Shown here piece after piece: positions 62,043 through 64,000 of a stretch of 64,000 nucleotides of DNA. The number at the start of each line of letters is the position of its first letter. The first letter of the stretch is position 1. The translations under genes were made by a program, and so were the position numbers. The stretch covers positions 15,867 through 79,866 of the forward strand of contig JAFSKP010000060.1 of the NCBI GenBank assembly GCA_017448905.1, written 5' to 3'. The notes under the pieces were generated by a model. The model was not told the origin of the DNA. It saw nothing but the letters and a program-made list of their open reading frames with translations, and did no database searches. Origin of the DNA: Bacteroidales bacterium (lineage in GTDB: Bacteria; Bacteroidota; Bacteroidia; Bacteroidales; P3).

Positions 62043-62165
62043 GAATGCCGTAGGATACGGATACTTCGCGCCTCTTTAGGGGATGTTTTTGGCGATTCCC
62101 CGACCGTTATCTGCCTGTCGCTTCTGCTTTTCTTCAAGGTCGCCGCATACCGCAGCACCTTGGAT
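62043..62165 (+). ncRNA. Y-RNA-like element, unit 3 (most diverged)
   Basis: AUGCCGUAGGAUACGGAUACUUCG shares the motif frame. Boundaries are approximate. Confidence 0.3.
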
Positions 62166-62274
62166 AGAAACGGTTGCCGTAGTGAAGAGTTACTTCATTT
62201 GGAATCAGCAAAGTCCGTCCGACTGAAACTCGGACATCATAAGCCTCTCCACGCCCGTTGCACCGTTTTCTTTG
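62166..62274 (+). ncRNA. Y-RNA-like element, unit 4
   Basis: Closing stem AGAAACGG / CCGUUUUCU, UUGCCGUA plus GUGAAG-AGUUA-CUUCAU, and internal hairpin GUCCGA-CUGAAAC-UCGGAC. Confidence 0.45.
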
Positions 62275-62281
62275 AAAACCT

Positions 62282-63829
62282 ATGTTTAACAATATATACG
62301 TTACGAAGATGAATTACAATTCGATGCTGAAAGAAGAGAATGTCGTCCAGAACCATGAGGGAGCCAGGGCTTACGCCATGTCCCCCGAGCTGGAGCTTTA
62401 CACCGCCGTTGTGACTGCCTCGTTGAGTGACACATTCTATGAGAAGCAGGATGAGCGGGTGAACCGTATCTCGGAACTCGTGGGCAAAGTCGCCCCAGAG
62501 TTCGTGGCTCGTCTTGCCGTGTACACACGCACAGAGATGCACCTTCGTAGCATCCCTCTGTTGCTGCTGGTGGAGCTGGCCAAAGTTCATAACGGCGATG
62601 ACCTTGTCGCGCGCGCCGTGGAGAAGACCGTCCTCCGTGCCGACGAGATTATGGAACTGCTGATGTGCTACCAGTGGCGCAACCCCTCCGATGGTATCAA
62701 GAAGCTCGGCAAGCTCTCCCGTCAGATTCAGAACGGCCTACAGCGTGCGTTCAATAACTTCGACGAGTACCAGTTCGCCAAGTATGACCGCGACAACCTC
62801 GAAGTGAAACTCCGCGATGCCCTGTTCCTCGTCCATCCGAAGGCGAAGGATGAGCAGCAGCAGATGCTGTTCGACAAGATTGTGACAGGTGAGCTTGAGT
62901 CTCCCTACACCTGGGAGACACAGCTCTCTGCGCTCGGCCAGCAGCAGTTTGAATCGGAGGAGGCGAAGCAGAAGGCCATACGTGAGAAGTGGGAGGAACT
63001 TATCGACAGCGGCAAGCTGGGCTATATGGCCCTGATGCGCAACCTCCGCAACATGCTCCAGGCCGGTGTCTCATTGTCGCAGATGCTTAACGTGGCGGCT
63101 CGTCTCTCAAATCCGATGCAGGTCGAGTCATCCAAGCAGCTGCCGTTCCGTTACCTTTCTGCATACCGAGAGATAGAGAATGTGACCTCCGTGCATACCT
63201 CGATGCTGATGAGCGCGTTGGAGTCCGCTGTCAAGTGTTCCGCCGCCAATATCGACGGATTCGACGAGAACACCCGCGTGCTGATTGCATCCGACGTGAG
63301 CGGCTCGATGCACCACTCCGTGAGCCAGAGGAGTTCCGTGCAGTTCTATGACATCGGCCTTTTGCTGTCGATGCTCTTCAAGAGCCGCTGCAAACAGGTG
63401 GTGTCGGGTATCTTCGGCGATGTCTGGAAGGTGGTAAATGTCCCTGCCGACAATATACTGATGGCCACCCGTCAGATGGATAGGCTTTGCAACTCCGTCG
63501 GATATGGCACCAATGCCTTCGAGGTATTCGACTGGTTGATAGTAAATAATGTGGTTGTTGACAAAGTGATGATGTTCACCGACATGCAGATGTGGAACAA
63601 CACCGGCGACAACCGAAATATTGAAAAAATGTGGGGGAAATACAAGAAGAAGTCTCCAGGAGCAAAACTGTACTTGTTCGACCTTGCGGGCTACGGCCAG
63701 GCTCCCTTGCGGCTGGTTAAGCCGGACATCTATCTGGTTGCGGGATGGAGCGACCGCATCTTTGAGATACTCTCTGCTGTTGACAGGGGCGAGGACGCTC
63801 TGGATGTTATTAACAAGATTGAAGTTTAG
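62282..63829 (+). CDS. rsr: Ro60 ortholog Rsr (TROVE domain plus C-terminal vWA)
   Basis: NHEGARAY and TROVE HEAT-like repeats, with C-terminal MIDAS ASDVSGSM. The alternative start at 62309 (MNYNSML) fits homolog N-termini better. Confidence 0.88.
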   Translation: MFNNIYVTKMNYNSMLKEENVVQNHEGARAYAMSPELELYTAVVTASLSDTFYEKQDERVNRISELVGKVAPEFVARLAVYTRTEMHLRSIPLLLLVELAKVHNGDDLVARAVEKTVLRADEIMELLMCYQWRNPSDGIKKLGKLSRQIQNGLQRAFNNFDEYQFAKYDRDNLEVKLRDALFLVHPKAKDEQQQMLFDKIVTGELESPYTWETQLSALGQQQFESEEAKQKAIREKWEELIDSGKLGYMALMRNLRNMLQAGVSLSQMLNVAARLSNPMQVESSKQLPFRYLSAYREIENVTSVHTSMLMSALESAVKCSAANIDGFDENTRVLIASDVSGSMHHSVSQRSSVQFYDIGLLLSMLFKSRCKQVVSGIFGDVWKVVNVPADNILMATRQMDRLCNSVGYGTNAFEVFDWLIVNNVVVDKVMMFTDMQMWNNTGDNRNIEKMWGKYKKKSPGAKLYLFDLAGYGQAPLRLVKPDIYLVAGWSDRIFEILSAVDRGEDALDVINKIEV

Positions 63830-63835
63830 CAGATT

Positions 63836-64000
63836 ATGGAAAAAGTAATAAGAATAGGCGATTCGGTGGTCAAGATGTGGCTCACCGAAGTCGAGGAATC
63901 GGCACGCGAGCAGGTGGAGAACCTTGCCTCGCTGCCTTTCGTATATCATCATATTGCGCTCATGCCCGACTGTCATGCCGGAATGGGAATGCCTATCGGC
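63836..64000 (+). CDS. rtcB: RNA ligase RtcB (N-terminal 55 codons; continues beyond the window)
   Basis: My own translation is MEKVIRIGDSVVKMWLTEVEESAREQVENLASLPFVYHHIALMPDCHAGMGMPIG. It contains the hallmark MPDxHxGxG metal-binding motif. Confidence 0.88.
   Translation, partial: MEKVIRIGDSVVKMWLTEVEESAREQVENLASLPFVYHHIALMPDCHAGMGMPIG

Overview
The window reads as a Bacteroidota (Bacteroidales-like) chromosomal segment. Supporting signs are many perfect TAnnTTTG -7 promoter boxes just upstream of genes, abundant lipobox and signal-peptide proteins, and no reliance on Shine-Dalgarno sites. No searches were run. All family names come from motifs I recognise in the supplied translations, and start codons are often ambiguous because the ORF track uses GTG/TTG starts.

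Layout:
- (1) 1-35 kb is mostly housekeeping and envelope biogenesis: uppS, bamA, two OmpH/Skp genes, smpB, aspartate kinase, aroB, a U32 peptidase, mazG, an aminotransferase, an LptD-like protein, an amidase with a SPOR-like tail, pyrF, cutC and a transglutaminase-like protein. Two envelope operons at 15.2-19.8 kb interrupt this block, and each is preceded by a paralogous ~240-nt structured leader RNA that I cannot assign to a family.
- (2) 35-55 kb is an accessory, partly decayed region. It holds an MmeI-like type IIL/IIG methyltransferase-endonuclease carrying 8 in-frame GC-rich palindromic units, a DUF6266 gene with a long GC-rich leader, and a redox/detox gene string containing several gene remnants. 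It also holds three COG1373/DUF4143 ATPase loci, each preceded by 30-33-bp phased direct repeats, a split HipB-HipS-HipT-type toxin-antitoxin module, and a phage terminase fragment.
- (3) 55.5-64 kb is the most interesting block. It starts with an NrtR-like Nudix-wHTH regulator with palindromic operator candidates, followed by a vWA-Rossmann-like fusion, an ADP-ribosylglycohydrolase, an HD hydrolase and DUF1643. A WYL regulator is then divergent from a tandem array of about four Y-RNA-like elements (one with a tRNA-like D-arm), followed by Rsr (TROVE+vWA) and RtcB, which is truncated by the window end.

No rRNA gene, canonical tRNA gene, CRISPR array or intact mobile element was seen.
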